Assembly: GCF_018350175.1 (NCBI RefSeq)
Contig: NC_058382.1
Span: 8,742,001 to 8,806,000 of the forward strand
DNA: 64,000 nucleotides
Source: Felis catus
Lineage: Eukaryota
Reading direction: 5' to 3'
Shown here: piece after piece, positions 25,340 to 38,469 of the stretch
Numbering within the stretch: the first letter of the stretch is position 1
Layout: the number at the start of each line of letters is the position of its first letter
Notes under the pieces: model-generated
What the model was told of the DNA's origin: nothing
Seen by the model: the letters and a program-made list of their open reading frames with translations, nothing else
Databases searched by the model: none
Program-made: the position numbers and the translations under genes

Positions 25340-26130
25340 TGGATGGAACCGGAGGATAGAGCAGAACTGGGAGCTGTAGGAGATAAGGCCAGAAAAGGGG
25401 GGGGGGGAGGCAAGGCCTCCCACATGAGGCCGAGGGGCTGGAACCTGATCCTGGGGCAGGGTTGGCTCCAGGGCCCTTCTGGGGCTGTGGGGGGAAGGGG
25501 CGAGGAGCCAAGCAGCCAGGGTGGAGGTGGAGGTGGCTGGAAGCCAGGGTTGCTAGTTATCAGAGCTAATCAGCCCTGCTTAGGACTCTGCTGGCCTTCA
25601 CACCCAGCCCAGGGGAAGACCCCGCCTTTGAGGCATCGGTGGTCCCACAGAAGGGAGGGAAATCTCTCGAAGGACCACCCAAACTGGGCGGCAGGCAGAA
25701 TTCCAGCCGCTGTGGGGACGCAGGGTGCCAGCCCGAGTGGCCACAACCTGGGCAGCTGAGGCCTTACCATCTAGGGAGGCAGGCATGAAGCAGACCCTTC
25801 CCGGGAGGGAGGGGGCTTCTCTAAGTTGGGGTGACCCAGTGAGGGCCCCGGGCAGAGCTGAGAAGGTAGGTCCTTGGAGGGGATGGGCAAGAAGGGGCCG
25901 CAGACTGGGAGGCTGTGAAGGAGGAGGTGAAACACGCTGAGAGACGCGGGCTCAGGAGGCATCATGTCACATGCCACTCTCCCCTCCCCTCCCCTATAGG
26001 CCACCGGCATATTGCTGGCCCCCAGAGGGGGTGGACTGAGACTCCTCATCTCCCTCGCATCAGCTGCCTCAGTAGGAACCCAGAGTGCCGTGGGGGGTGG
26101 GGTGGGGGGTGGGGAGGAGTCCCAGGAGGA

Positions 26131-26243
26131 TCACAGGTGCTGGGTATCCAACCGGGGCAGCTCGGGGGGCTGATCGGGAACCTTCTTTTCTGAAGGGTCT
26201 ACATCCTTCTGGTCACCGGCCGGCGCTGGGACAGGAGCATCAT
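26131..26243 (-). CDS. NUCB1: NUCB1 exon 13 (last, stop)
   Basis: [37 protein letters not shown]; 113 nt. Confidence 0.92.
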
Positions 26244-26347
26244 CTGGAAACGGAGGGAGGAAATGGTGGCGGTAGACATGTCAGTGTCTTTCTCCCGCGG
26301 ACACCGACTGGCTCCCGCCCCGTGCGCCCCGGGGCCCACCAGAGCAC

Positions 26348-26444
26348 CTGTGTCCTGGCTGAACTTGAGCTGTCCCTCAGGGCCAGGGGCTGGGCCGTTC
26401 TGGCTTTGCTGCTGCTGTTTCCTTTGTTCCATTTGCAGAACGGC
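26348..26444 (-). CDS. NUCB1: NUCB1 exon 12 (poly-Q)
   Basis: AVLQMEQRKQQQQSQNGPAPGPEGQLKFSQDT; 97 nt. Confidence 0.93.
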
Positions 26445-26909
26445 CTGCAAGGGGTGGGGGAGATCGCACAGGCTAGAGGATAAGGCGGCAGCTTGCTAAG
26501 TGGGGAACCAGCCCCTTCTCTATGGGCATCTTTTTTTTTTTTTTTTCTCTCACTGAGAGTTGAGCTTCATAACAGTTAAAAAGACCCAGTTCTCCCTCCT
26601 CTGGCAGGGCTCGGGTCAGACGCTGGGACAGGGAAGCCTTCCCTGAACCCTGGCTGAGTCTAACCTCCTCCTCTGTCCTTGGCCTCTTCCTCCTCCCTTC
26701 CTGCTTACAGCCCCACTGCCCTTATCCAATATGGCAGCCACAGAGCTGTCAGGGATGGGGACGACGTCTGCCCTTACTCAAGATGGCGGTCACCACCTGA
26801 GGCTCTACCAGTGATCAACACGGGAGCCACAGGCCTTCCCAGCCTCTGAACACATACGGATAAAGGCCACCAGACTCAGAGGATGGGCCCAGCCTCCNNN
26901 NNNNNNNNN

Positions 26910-27080
26910 NNNNNNNNNNNNNNNNNNNNNNNNNNNNNNNNNNNNNNNNNNNNNNNNNNNNNNNNNNNNNNNNNNNNNNNNNNNNNNNNNNNNNNNNNNN
27001 NNNNNNNNNNNNNNNNNNNNNNNNNNNNNCTCAAAACGCCTTAGTTCCTCCTCTGTGTAGGCAGGGTGCATCTCCACTGT
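26910..27080 (-). CDS. NUCB1: NUCB1 exon 11 (3' part lies in N gap 26898-27029; that boundary is inferred)
   Basis: TVEMHPAYTEEELRRFE visible; length assumed from the 171-nt human exon. Confidence 0.8.
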
Positions 27081-27419
27081 CTGCCGGAGAGGCGACAGGG
27101 GCCATCAGCAGGGCCATGCCGGCCTTGGCCCACTCACGTTCGAGACGGCGCCACTAACAGGAGGTTTGGGCAAGGCTGGGAGGCCTGGGCCACGCGTGTG
27201 GATGGAGGAGACTGAGTGCAAGCCGGAGAGGGGGATAAAGACCCAGAGAAGTGGGGGGAACAGAGACCTAGAGGGGGCACTGAGACAACCCAGAGGCAGA
27301 AGGAGGCAGAGACCCATGGTAGGCGAGCAGAGGCCCAGACAGTAAGAGGAGTGGCCAGAGAAGGGTCAGGGCCGGGGGCCAGAGGTATTCAGGACCCAGA
27401 GAGTTCCTCAGGTCCTCAC

Positions 27420-27512
27420 CTCCCAGCCTTCCCCGGTGTCCCCGAATTCCTTCCTCTGGGTGGATGCGAGGAACTCCTCCAGGGTCACGAGGCGGTCCTG
27501 GTTGGTGTCCAC
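27420..27512 (-). CDS. NUCB1: NUCB1 exon 10 (EF-hand 2, G-alpha-i binding motif)
   Basis: [31 protein letters not shown]; 93 nt. Confidence 0.96.
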
Positions 27513-27597
27513 CTACGGAACCAGGGTGACAGAGCTGGGCCTCCCTCCAGCCCTGCCCCCTCCCGCCCCATCCATGGCCCCGGCCCCCTCCTCTCAC

Positions 27598-27690
27598 GTT
27601 CTTCATCACGTGCTCCCTCATGCGAAGCCGCTCCTCCTCCATTTCCCTCATGTCATCTTCTTCATTCTTTGGGTCATACACCTTCTCCAG
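27598..27690 (-). CDS. NUCB1: NUCB1 exon 9
   Basis: [31 protein letters not shown]; 93 nt. Confidence 0.96.
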
Positions 27691-27950
27691 CTGCAGGGTC
27701 AAGTGACAGGCAGGACATACTGAGGGGTCCAGGACAACCTCTTTCCTTGGCTACTCCACCTCCTCACGCACACAGACAGGCAACTTCAACTTCCAGCAGC
27801 CCTCGGGGCACCTGGCCACGCGCGGCAGCCTCTTTTTGCCGTGGGGGCTGCTGGGAGTTGTCGTTTCCCCTGGATTCACCTCCAGGGGCACCCGAGGGGA
27901 CGCAAGGCTGACTGGGCATCTTCTGCACCCATGGCTTCCAAGATGCTCAC

Positions 27951-28009
27951 CTCCTTGGTGAAGAGGGCCTCCAGCTCCTGCTCATCCAGGACACCATCAC
28001 TGTTGATAT
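27951..28009 (-). CDS. NUCB1: NUCB1 exon 8 (EF-hand 1)
   Basis: DINSDGVLDEQELEALFTKE; 59 nt. Confidence 0.95.
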
Positions 28010-30624
28010 CTGAGGGGGAGACAACAAAATATCTTGGGGGACTGCGTACAGGGTGGGTACAGGTGGGGCTAGAGAAGGAATTTGGGGTTGGTGTGGGCTC
28101 CGTGTTCAGAGGTCAGGTGTCCCTGGGTCCCCAACGACAGAGTGATGTCCTTCCAGCTTCAGCACCCCATTGGCTCACTGCTTGGTCAGCCAGTTCCCTA
28201 CCAACCAGGGTCCCAGGAATGGAGTAAATGAATGTGGGCTTCACCAGGACTGTTCTTGGGGCAGTTGTCACACAAGACAACTTGATCCCTAACGCCTGGT
28301 GATCTGGGTACAGGATCAACCCCCTTGCCCAGGATCCAGGGTGTCAGAGGCCTCTGCCTCCCAGAGAACCAGGCCAGAGGAACCCCTACCTGCCTCTCCG
28401 CGTGTACAGCTACAGGGCTCCCGGCTTCTCAGCCACGCGGGCCATGTTCACTGTCTCCCCTCCTCTGCTTACTCAGATCAGCACCCACCCTGGTCCTTCA
28501 GAGATGGCCAAGAACCCTGACCTTGCAAATCCAGCGCTTAATTTTTTTTAAAGATTTTATTTTTAAGCAATCTTTACACCCAACGTGGGGCTCAAGCTTA
28601 AACCCTGAGATCAAGAGTTGCACGCTCCACCGACTGAGCCAGCCAGGTACCTTGCCAATGGTCAATTTTTAACTCACATTTTACTGGACTTTCTGCCCTT
28701 GGCCTCTAGAACATCAAACGTTTTCCTCCAGATGCCCCTCGTTCTCCTTCATTGGCTCCGTCCTCCTCCTGAATGCTACATATTGGTGCACCCCAGGGCT
28801 CAGCCCTGGGACCTCTTGTCTAACTAAGCTTCAAGTCCAAAAGTAGGCTTCATGCCCAGCACGGAGTCCAATGCAGGGCTTGAACTCACGACCCTGAGAT
28901 CAAGACCTGAGCTGAGATCAAGAGTCAGACGCTCAACCGACTGAGCCACCCAAGGCGCCCCTGAATTTAAATTGATTAAGATAAAAATTTCAGTTTATCA
29001 GTCCCACTTGTTACATGTCAAGCATTCAGTAGCCACACGTAGCTGGTGGCTGCCATATTGGATGGGACGGGACATTCTCCATCATTACAAAAATAGTTTG
29101 ATTGGCCAGTGCTTCTTTAGATGGGTTCCTCCAATCCCTGGGCTTCCAATGCCATCCACGAGCTGCTTCCACACCTGAATATCTGACTCCCAACTCTCAT
29201 CTCCACGTGACTGTCCAATCGACATCTCCAATTTGACCTGAACGGACATGGTTCCCAACTTCCCCTGCCAAAGATGCTTGCTCTTCCCCATCCATCCTTC
29301 CAGTTGCTAGGGCCAAATACCTTGGTGTCACCCTTGACTCTTGCTCACTCATACTCCTCATCCAGTCCATCTGTGAATCCCACCAGCTTGACCTTCCAGA
29401 TAAATCCAGACTCCAACCATTCTTCCCTACTCCCCATGATGCAGCCACCAGCATCTCCAGCCTTCTCCTGGCTTTGGCCCTGACCCCGCCAGCTGGACTC
29501 TGTCAACCCTTAAGGCAGATGGTGTCAGTCCTCTGCTCAACACCCTTTTGCAGTGTCCGATCTCAGAGAGGATAAAATCCAGATTCCTTAACCCAGCTGG
29601 AAGGCTTGGAGCAAGCTGGCTGTTACCTTGGAGACCCACGTTCACTCTTCCCTGGGTGTCTGCTGTTCCCACCACCTAGAACACTCTCCCCCCCAAATGT
29701 CTGCAAAGCTCAACCTCAGTTCACTGAAGTCTAAGTTCAAACGTCAACTCTCTGGAGCTGCACCGCCCAATAGAGTAGCCACTGGGACACGTGAAATTTA
29801 AATGAATAACAATCACATACAATGAGAAATTCAGTTCCTCGGTCATTGCAACAGCCCGGTAGCCAGATGGGGCACTACACGCTCCAGGCCCTTTAATGGG
29901 CAGCTTATGTACAAATTCTAGAGTATCTCACACTCCCTGGTTTCTCAGATTCACTGGAATACGGCGTGATCTATTTGCCTGATCACCGGCTCTGTGAGAG
30001 GGGGGACCTTTGTTTTGTTCGCAGTAGTATCCATGGGGTCTCCGTGAAGCTGGGTCTTTAGAGGGAGCTTAGTAAATGTCTGCCGAATGAATCAGCCATG
30101 CCCTGTTAAGCCCTGCTGACCGCCTGCAGCCTCTGGGACAGGGTCCTAGGCACATCTGAGGTGGCCTGGCAACCCCAAGCTATGTTTCTAGATGGGAAGA
30201 GAATGAAGGGGAAAGTGCCTTTAAACCACCATGGGGAAGGTGCTTCCCAGGTCCCTGGAGGCCTGTTTAATTAGGGAACGGCCCACTGTTGGCAATAGGG
30301 CTCCTGGCGGGGACTGGGGCTTCTGGGCTGCTGTGGGAAGGGGGGACCCAGGCCTAGCCAAGCCTGAATTGCTTACTTGGTGGACATCAGCCAGTCCCGA
30401 GGACAGAGAAGTCTGGTGTATCCCAGAAAAGAGGCCTAGCTCTTCTATGGAAGATCCTAGCAATGGGGAGGGGTGCAGCCTTCTAGACCAGCAGGAGAGA
30501 TGGGCTCAGGTCTCTTTGGCCTGCCTAAGCCCCAGTGTCGGAGCTCCCTCCTTAGTATTCAGGCCCCAGAAAGGCCAGAGGCTCAGGATTCAGCCTGGGT
30601 CTTGGGGCTCCCTCCCCACCTTAC

Positions 30625-30715
30625 CATGCAATATGAAGAAGGTCTTGGGGTTAAACCTGTTGGGGTCCAATCCATCCAGCTCCTCCCACACCTCCTTCAA
30701 CTGGGCTTGGCTGCC
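30625..30715 (-). CDS. NUCB1: NUCB1 exon 7
   Basis: [30 protein letters not shown]; 91 nt. Confidence 0.96.
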
Positions 30716-30994
30716 CTGTGGAAGGGAGAGCCAGGGGCTCATGAGCAAGAAGTCTGGGTCCCCCCCCATCCCTCAAATGTCATTTTCTTCAAGCAAGAAA
30801 GCCAAAAAAAAAAAAAACAAAAAAAACTCCCTAAAACTACAACGCCCAGCAGCCCCTGGAGTGACTGGGCATATTTAAATGGGCTTTTGGCCTCGGGGCC
30901 TGCTGGGAGTTGTAGTTCTTTAGCTACTTGTTCATCTTATGGCGCTTGGAGAGTTGAACTCAGCTGTGGGGTGGGTACAAAAGGGGGTCCTTAC

Positions 30995-31180
30995 AGGTAC
31001 ATTGACTTTGGGATGCTCTCGGTGCCGGCGCTGTTGCTCTTCCAGCTTCTTCTCTGCCTCCTTTCGCTGTTCCTCTCCCAGTGACTCCAGATAACGGCGT
31101 CTCTCATGTTCCTTGAGCATCTCGTAGCGTTTGAACTCTTCGTGATGGGCTGCGTCATACTGGGCAAGGTCTCGGGTAGC
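30995..31180 (-). CDS. NUCB1: NUCB1 exon 6
   Basis: [62 protein letters not shown]; 186 nt. Confidence 0.96.
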
Positions 31181-31396
31181 CTGGGGAAAGGCAGACGGTC
31201 ATTCTCATCTCACTGCTGTACACAGGCCCTAAATTTCAACCTCCAAATTCCAAGCCCTCAGCCTTGAACCTGGGCAAGGGCCGCCCCGACCTCCATCCAG
31301 TCCTGAGTTCCATGTCCTGAGCTCAGTTCTTGATCTCTATGACCCACTCTTGCCTCATGACATAGCCACCTCTATTTGTTCAAAAGAGATTAGGAT

Positions 31397-31622
31397 GGGG
31401 GCGCCTGGGTGGCGCAGTCGGTTAAGCATCCGACTTCAGCCAGGTCACGATCTCGCGGTCTGTGAGTTCGAGCCCCGCGTCAGGCTCTGGGCTGACGGCT
31501 CAGAGCCTGGAGCCTGCTTCCGATTCTGTGTCTCCCTCTCTCTCTGCCCCTCCCCCGTTCATGCTCTGTCTCTCTCTGTCCCAAAAATAAATAAACGTTG
31601 AAAAAAAAATTAAAAAAAAAAA
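31397..31622 (+). mobile_element. Young felid CAN-SINE with TSD aaaagagattaggatgg
   Basis: Full-length, TSD on both sides. Confidence 0.9.
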
Positions 31623-32354
31623 AGAGATTAGGATGGTTACACAATAATGATTGTTTTTTTAAGTTTATTTAAGTAATCTCTACACCCAACACAGGGCTCG
31701 AACTCACGACCCCAAGATCAAGAGTCACACACTCTTCTGATTGAGACAGCCAAGCACTCCTACACAAATAATAACTTTAACCCACCTCTTTCAAGTCCTC
31801 CACAATCTCAAGATCTCGGAGGAACAGGGCACCTGGCTGGCTCCATAGGTGGAGTGCGTGACTCTTGACCTGGGGGTTGTGAGTTCAAGCCCCACATTGG
31901 GTATAGAGAGAACTTAAAAATAAAATAAAGAAAGGGGCGCCTGGGTAGCTCAGTCAGTTGAGTGTCTGACTTCGGCACAGGTCATGATCTCACGGGTCAT
32001 GGGTTCAAGCCCCGCATTGGGCTCTGTGCTGACAGCTCGGAGCCTGGAGCCTGCTTCGGATTCTGGGTCTCCCTCTCTCTCTCTGCCCTTCCCTCTCAAA
32101 AATAAATAGACATTAAAAAAAGAAAAGAAAAGAAAGATCTTGGAGGAATAAGCAATAAGGAACAACATACGAGGCAGACTATGGAGAGCAGCACAGCTAA
32201 ATGGTAAAGAACCCTGGGTCTCCAATTGTTTTGCCCAGGGTTCAAATCCAGGCTCTGGTGTGTGAACAAATTCCACTAGGCTGTGTGATCTTGGGCAAGT
32301 TACTTAGCCTCTCTGTGCCTGTTTCCTCCTCTGTAAGATGGAGATAGCGATACC

Positions 32355-32945
32355 ACACTGGGTCGAATAGTATCCCCCACCCCCCAAATTCATGTCTACC
32401 CAGAATGTCGGAAAGTGAACTTATTTGGAAATAGGACTTTGTAGATGTAATTAGTTACAATGAGGTCCTACCAGACGGGTGTCGGCTCTAAATCCAAATG
32501 ATTGGTGCCTTTATAAGAAGGGCACAGAGAAGATGCAGAGACACAGGGAGAATGCCATGTGACAATGGAGACAGAGGCTGGAATGATTTGTCTACAAGCT
32601 GAAGAGTGCTGGTAGCTTCCAACAGCTGGAAGAGGCAAGGAATAGGTTTCCCCCTAGAGCCTTTAAAGAGAATAGCTCCGCCAAAAACAAGGTTTTAGCT
32701 CAGGGATACTGATTTTGGACTTCTGACCTCCAGAACTGAGAGAGGATACATCTTTGTTGTTTTTTAATTTTTTTAAAAAATTAAAGTCATCTCTACACCC
32801 AACGTAGGACTCGAGAACTCATGACTCCCAGATCAAGAGTCGCATGTTCTAAGGACTGAGCCAGCCAGGTGCCCTACATTTCTGCTGCTTTAAGCCACTG
32901 AGTCTGTGGCAATTTGTTACGACAGCCACAGCAAACTAACACACC
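32355..32945 (+). mobile_element. MLT1B/C-like MaLR LTR with a SINE fragment
   Basis: cttatttggaaatagg...gtaattagtt...ctgacctccagaactgagagag...gcaaactaacaca. Confidence 0.65.
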
Positions 32946-33084
32946 CGATAAGGTCCTTCCTGGCTTCTGATCTATACTATAAGATGATAATTTCAAGTTG
33001 TTTTCAGCTACGAAGTTTGCGGTAATTTATTTGTGGGCAGGGCAGGAAACTAACACAGCTGTTATGTGGGGAACAGAGCACTGC

Positions 33085-33401
33085 AGGGTTCTCAACCTGG
33101 GGAGACTGGCCCACAGGACACCACTGTCAAAGGCTGAGGGTATTTTTGGATGCCACAACGGGGGTAGGTCTACAGGTGCCTAGTAGGTAGAGACCAGGGA
33201 TGCAGCCAAACATCATACAACGGGGCGGGGGGGGGGGGCGCCTAGGTGGCTCAGTCAGTTGAGGGTCCAAGTTTGGCTCAGGTCATGATCTCGCAGTTCA
33301 TGGGTCTGAGCTCTGCATCGGGCTCAGTGCTGACAGCTTGGAGCCTGGAGCCTGCTTTGGATTCTGTGTCTCCCTCTCTCTCTGCCCCTCCCCTGCTTGC
33401 A

Positions 33402-33446
<45 letters not shown>

Positions 33447-33560
33447 AAAAATAAATATAAGCATTAAAAAAAATTTTTGTTAACATCATACAATGCACAA
33501 GACTTCTCCCACAACAAAAATTATCCAGCCCCAAATGTCAAGAGTGCTAGGTTGAAAAGT
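33085..33560 (+). mobile_element. MER20 hAT DNA transposon interrupted by a CAN-SINE
   Basis: cagggttctcaacctgggg...ccccaaatgtcaagagtgctaggttgaaaa terminal motifs; SINE about 33235-33470. Confidence 0.7.
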
Positions 33561-34735
33561 CTGGCTGGTGAACTTGGAAGGCAGAAGCAAGGAGCCCAGG
33601 GAGGAACTGGCGATGAGAAATGATGGGAATTAAAACTAGGAGATGACTGAGGGCCTGGAGAAAATGGACAGTTTCTGGAATGTTCTAGAAATATGTGGCA
33701 AAAACATCCCTCAGGGATGGAGTCCAATGCTGCATGGACTCAAACGGCTGCTGCTATTATCTTCACGGCCACTAGATGGAGCTCCAGTAGGCCAGAAAAA
33801 CAGGGCTCAGGCCAGGAGGAGGGTGGGGGCTTTGCACTGGGGGTGTTGGGGACTTGCAGAAGAAAGGCGAGGAGGGGAGAGGCAGGGGCAGGTCTGGGCA
33901 TCCCCTTCCACTCCCCAACCCCGTGGCCCTTGGCCTTCCTCATGAGGCTGGGCTCGAGATCCCATTTCTCAGATAAGGTCTCTATTACTTCTGTGCCTGG
34001 TGTAGCAAATTATCATAAATTTGGAGCCTTAAAACAATACACATTTAGGGGTACCTGGCTGCCTCCGCCGGTAAAGTGGAGGACTTTTGATTTCAAGGCT
34101 GTGAGTTCAAGCCCCACACTGGGTGTGGAGAAGAAAGAAAGGAAGGAAGGAAGAAAGAACAATAGGGGCGCCCGGTGACTCAGTCGGTTAAGCGCCCGAC
34201 TTCGGCTCGGGTCATGACCCCACAGTTCGTAGGTTCGAGCCCCAGGTCAGGCTCTGTGCTGACAACTCGGAGCCTGGAGCCTGCTTTGGATTGTGTGTCC
34301 CCTTCACTCTCTGTCCCTCCCTCGTTCACGCTCTCTCTCTCTTTCAAAAATAAACATTAAAAAAAAGAAAAAAGAAAAAAAAGAAAAAGGATGTGTAGGG
34401 TGTGACGTCTTTGGTGCGGGGGGGCCACTGTTCTGCCTCCCACAAGGACACAGAGGAGACAGCCCCACGCCCCCCACCCTCACAAGTCATAGGGGAAGGA
34501 CGAGCCAAGGAGGGATTTGAATCGGGGTCTGAATGGAGCCAAGCCCACCTGCCTGTATCTGTTTTCCCAGAGAGAATCTGGGGAGGCCTTTTGGGCACCA
34601 CCCGGCCCTCTGCAGCCACCGGCCTCACAGAACACCAGGCAGGGGTGAGCGGGCTCACGTCCCAGGCTCCCTTCCCTGCTCCCCTTCCACAAAGCCTCCT
34701 TCAGTCCCTCTGCCTGTCGGCCCCTTCACGGCTAC

Positions 34736-34839
34736 CGTCTGGATCAGCAGCTCTAGGTCCCGAGCCTCGAATGTGTGCTGATTCTGAGGGTCCAGGTGTT
34801 CAAACTGCTTCAGGAGGCTCAAGTGATCCAACTGTACAT
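34736..34839 (-). CDS. NUCB1: NUCB1 exon 5
   Basis: [35 protein letters not shown]; 104 nt. Confidence 0.95.
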
Positions 34840-35193
34840 CTGGATGAGGGAGAGGTATTAAAAAAACAAAACAACAACGACAAAAACTCAAAAAGAACAC
34901 CCCGTGGAACGTTCTTGCTTTTAAAATCCCTACCCTGGGCTAGATGTGCTCTAAAGGAAGTCAGCTTAATATAACAATAACCATAATAATAACTAACACG
35001 TATCGGGGCGCCTGGGTGGCTCAGTCGGTTGGGCGTCCTGACCCTTGATTTCGGCTCAGGTCACGATCTCACGGTTCACGAGTTCAAGCCCTGCATCAGG
35101 CTCTGCGCTGACTGTGCTCTGCCTGCTTGAGATTCTCTCTCTTCCTCGCTCTCTGCCCCTCCCACGCTTTCTCTCTTTCTCACTCTCAAAAAT

Positions 35194-35236
<43 letters not shown>

Positions 35237-35464
35237 AGAGCCCAGAGAAACAATGTCCCGGCACAGGGAAATGCATGGAGCCAAGGTCCAGAGGTGGCCG
35301 GGGTGTGTTGTTAAAACTAAAAAACACTGACATGAGAGGATGGGGGAGAGGGCGCCTGTGAAGGGGGGGCAGAGGAGCAGGGATGGCTGCGGGCTTGGTC
35401 CTACAAGCACTGGGGAGCCATGGTGGGTTCTAAGCAGAGGAAGGACAGGACTTGGGTTAAGTGC

Positions 35465-35935
35465 CGTGGCGGGCTGGGTAACGGCCCCCACGATGCCCAC
35501 GCCCTAATCCCAGAACCTGTGAGCACGTCACATGGCAAAAGGGACTTTGCAGCCGGGATTAAATCAAGGATCTTGGGATAGGGAGACCACCCCTAACTAC
35601 CCAGGGGACCCTATGGCATCATAAGGGTCCCTATACGTGGGAGGCAGAGGCAGACCCGACCACAGGAGAAGACCGCGAGACTGAACACAAATGCGACACG
35701 GCTGGCTGGCTCTGAAGATTGAAGAGGAGGCCACCCGCCAAGGAAGGCCGCGGGAGCAGCTGGACAAAGCAAGGCAGCAGGCCCTCCCCTAGAGCCTCTG
35801 GAAGCAGCGCAGCCCTGCAGACGCCTCGATTTTCGCCCCGTGACACTGATTTTAGTCTGATCTCCAAACCCGTGTGTGTCGTTTGAAGCCACTGGTTGTG
35901 CCAATCTGCTACGGTGGCCACGGGAGACCAACACG
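35465..35935 (+). mobile_element. MLT1D-like MaLR LTR
   Basis: ctaatcccagaacctgtgagcacgtcacatggcaaaagggactttgcag...gaagccactgg. Confidence 0.7.
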
Positions 35936-36849
35936 GGTGTTAGCAGCACCCCACTGGCTGCCGTGCGGGAAACAGAACAAAAAGCCAGCGCGGCGGCAGG
36001 GGCCCGGGGAGGAGGCGACCACGGGGCTCCAAGCAGGGCCCGAGGGGCGGCAACGGACGTGAGAAGCGGTCAGATTCTGGAGATGCCCCGAGCTGGTGAA
36101 GGGTTAGGGTTAGTAGTGCGAGGGACACAACAAGCCGCCAATTCACAGGCGGGATTTTTTCCCATTAGTGACGAGGGGACGTCTGGTTTCCTGGAGAGCA
36201 AATCGGGACTCTGAAACTGTACTAATTAAAACAGCACGACAGGGGCGCCTGGGTGGCTCAGTCGTTAAACATCTGACTTCGACTCAGGCCATGATCGCAC
36301 GGTTCATGAGTTTCAGCCCCGCGTTGGGCTCTGTGCCGACAGGGCCTGCTTGAGATTCTCTCTCTTTCCCTCCCTCTCCCTCTCTCTCTCTGCCTCTCAA
36401 AATAAAGAAATTAATTACAGTAAGTAGCAAATAAAATACACAAATAAAACCGAAGGACGGAGAAGGCGTGGGTGCATAGTGTGGAGGAGGCTGTCGGGTC
36501 AGCTTCGAGATCTGGGACCCGCCTGGTACCCAGCACACGGTAGGACTCAAGGCATGTTTGGAGGATGGATAAATGGAGGCAGACAGAAATGAAAACAAAG
36601 TTCAGTTGTCCCGTTGACCCTCAACGCCATCCGCGCCATCCGCCAATGCCCGCCATCCCCATCCCGTAACATGGGAGCCTCAGGGGGTGTCAGGAAACGA
36701 AAGCAGGGGCGTGGGTGAATCTCCGTAAAAGGGCCACGTTCTTACACTTAGCGACAGGCGGGAAGCTGTCCGAGCGGCACCAGAACACCACAAAGCTATG
36801 GGAAGTATAGCACCACGGCCCGTCATGGCCAAAGCGGGCAACCACCGAG

Positions 36850-37275
36850 GAGCCCATCAACCGATGAATGGAGAAACCCCGGTGTGGTCTATGCACACCG
36901 TGGAATATTACTTGGCCCTAAAAAGGAACAAAGGGCCGATACGGGCTACGTTTCGGCTGAACCTTGAAAACATTATGCTAAGTGAAAGAAGCCGGGCGCA
37001 AAAGGTCACAGATGGCATGATTCCATTTCTATGAAATGTCCAGGAATAGGCGAATCCAGAGAGACAGGAAGTAGGTTACTGGTTGCAGGGGCTGGGTGGG
37101 GGGTGATAGCTGAGGAGTTCGGGGTTTCTTCTTGGGGGCGATTACAACGTCCCAAAATTGACTTGGGTGATGGTTGTATATACCTGTGAATATACTAAAA
37201 GCCCATGAATTGTACCTATTAACTGGGTAAACTATACGACATATGAGTTATATTTCAATAAAGCTATTAAAAGAA
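36850..37275 (+). mobile_element. L1MB-like 3' end fragment
   Basis: tgaaccttgaaaacattatgctaagtgaaagaagcc...tcaataaagctattaaaa. Confidence 0.75.
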
Positions 37276-38336
37276 ATAGTGTGGGGGGGTGCCTGGGTGG
37301 CTGTTGGTTAAGCATCTGATTTCGGCTCAGGTCACGATCTCAGGGTTTGTGAGTTCGAGCCCCACATCAGGTTCTGCGCTGACAGCTCAGAGCCTGGAGC
37401 CTGCTTCGGATTCTGTGTGTCCCTCTCTCTCTCTCTGCTCCACCCTGCTTGTGCACTCTCTCTCTCTCAAAAATAAATAAATAAACATTAAAAAAAAAAA
37501 AGAAATTGGGTGGGATCTTGGAATCTAAAACTGCCTCTCTCCTCCAGGTACTTTTTTTTTTCTTTCTTTTTTCCAACCAAATCATTAGACTATAAAATAT
37601 AGTCTCAGATACAAATGCCTACAAATTAGAATCACGCCAGCTGGGGAGATAGAGAATAACAGAGCAAGGAAAAATACAGTGCACCCTTTGAAACTTCCCG
37701 ACTTTGATCACTGCATTGTGGGTATGCAGGACCATGTGGCCGTTCAGAGGAAAATCACACTGAAAAAGGGGGGAGAAAGAGATACAGTCTGCAAGGAACT
37801 AGCGAATGTCGCTGAAAGGCAAATAGAACAAAAGCTAATAACTGGAGAATCCAGGTCAAGGGTATTCAGGGACTTTGCGCACTATGCTTGCAACTTTTTT
37901 TCTGGAAGTTTGAAGTTACATCAAAATTTTGAATGACCATGGTTGTTTAAAATAAAAATTAAAAAAAAAAACCAAAAGACTGAAAACAAAAAACCAAAAA
38001 ACCCGGTGGCTCAGTCGGTTGAGTGTCCGACTTCCCCTCAGGTCATGATCGCGCATGCATGGGTTTGAGCCCCGCATCGACAGCTCAGAGCCAGGAGCCT
38101 GCTTCGGATTCTTTGTCTCCCTCTCTCTCTGCCACTCCCCTGCTCATGCGCTGTCTCTCTCTGTCTCTCCAAAAACAAAACATTAAAAAAAAAAAAAATT
38201 AAAAAAAAAAACAAAACGAAATAAACCCACCAAGCAGTTATGTTAGCGGTAGAATGTTCTAGAAAGAAAACCCGATCCCTCTTCTATGTGTATTATGGGG
38301 CAGGGAGGCCATCCCACCCTACCTGCCCCTGCTTAC

Positions 38337-38469
38337 TGGGCTCCTGCTCGGCGTCCATCTTGGCCTTGAGGAGCATCCGCAGCCGGGACACCTCTTGCCG
38401 CTTCAGCTCGTCCAGCTTGGTGCGGACATGATGGCTGACAAAGTCCAGCTCCCGGCTCAGCTTTCCACT
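38337..38469 (-). CDS. NUCB1: NUCB1 exon 4 (KR convertase site ending the nesfatin-1-like peptide)
   Basis: [44 protein letters not shown]; 133 nt. Confidence 0.96.

Noticed and set aside
26898-27029. Apparent truncation of NUCB1 exon 11
   Set aside because: Assembly gap whose size fits the missing coding sequence.
27216-27911. Long antisense ORFs over NUCB1 (231 aa here; also 30231-31084)
   Set aside because: GC-rich antisense frames with no recognisable domain, expected by chance at this GC content.
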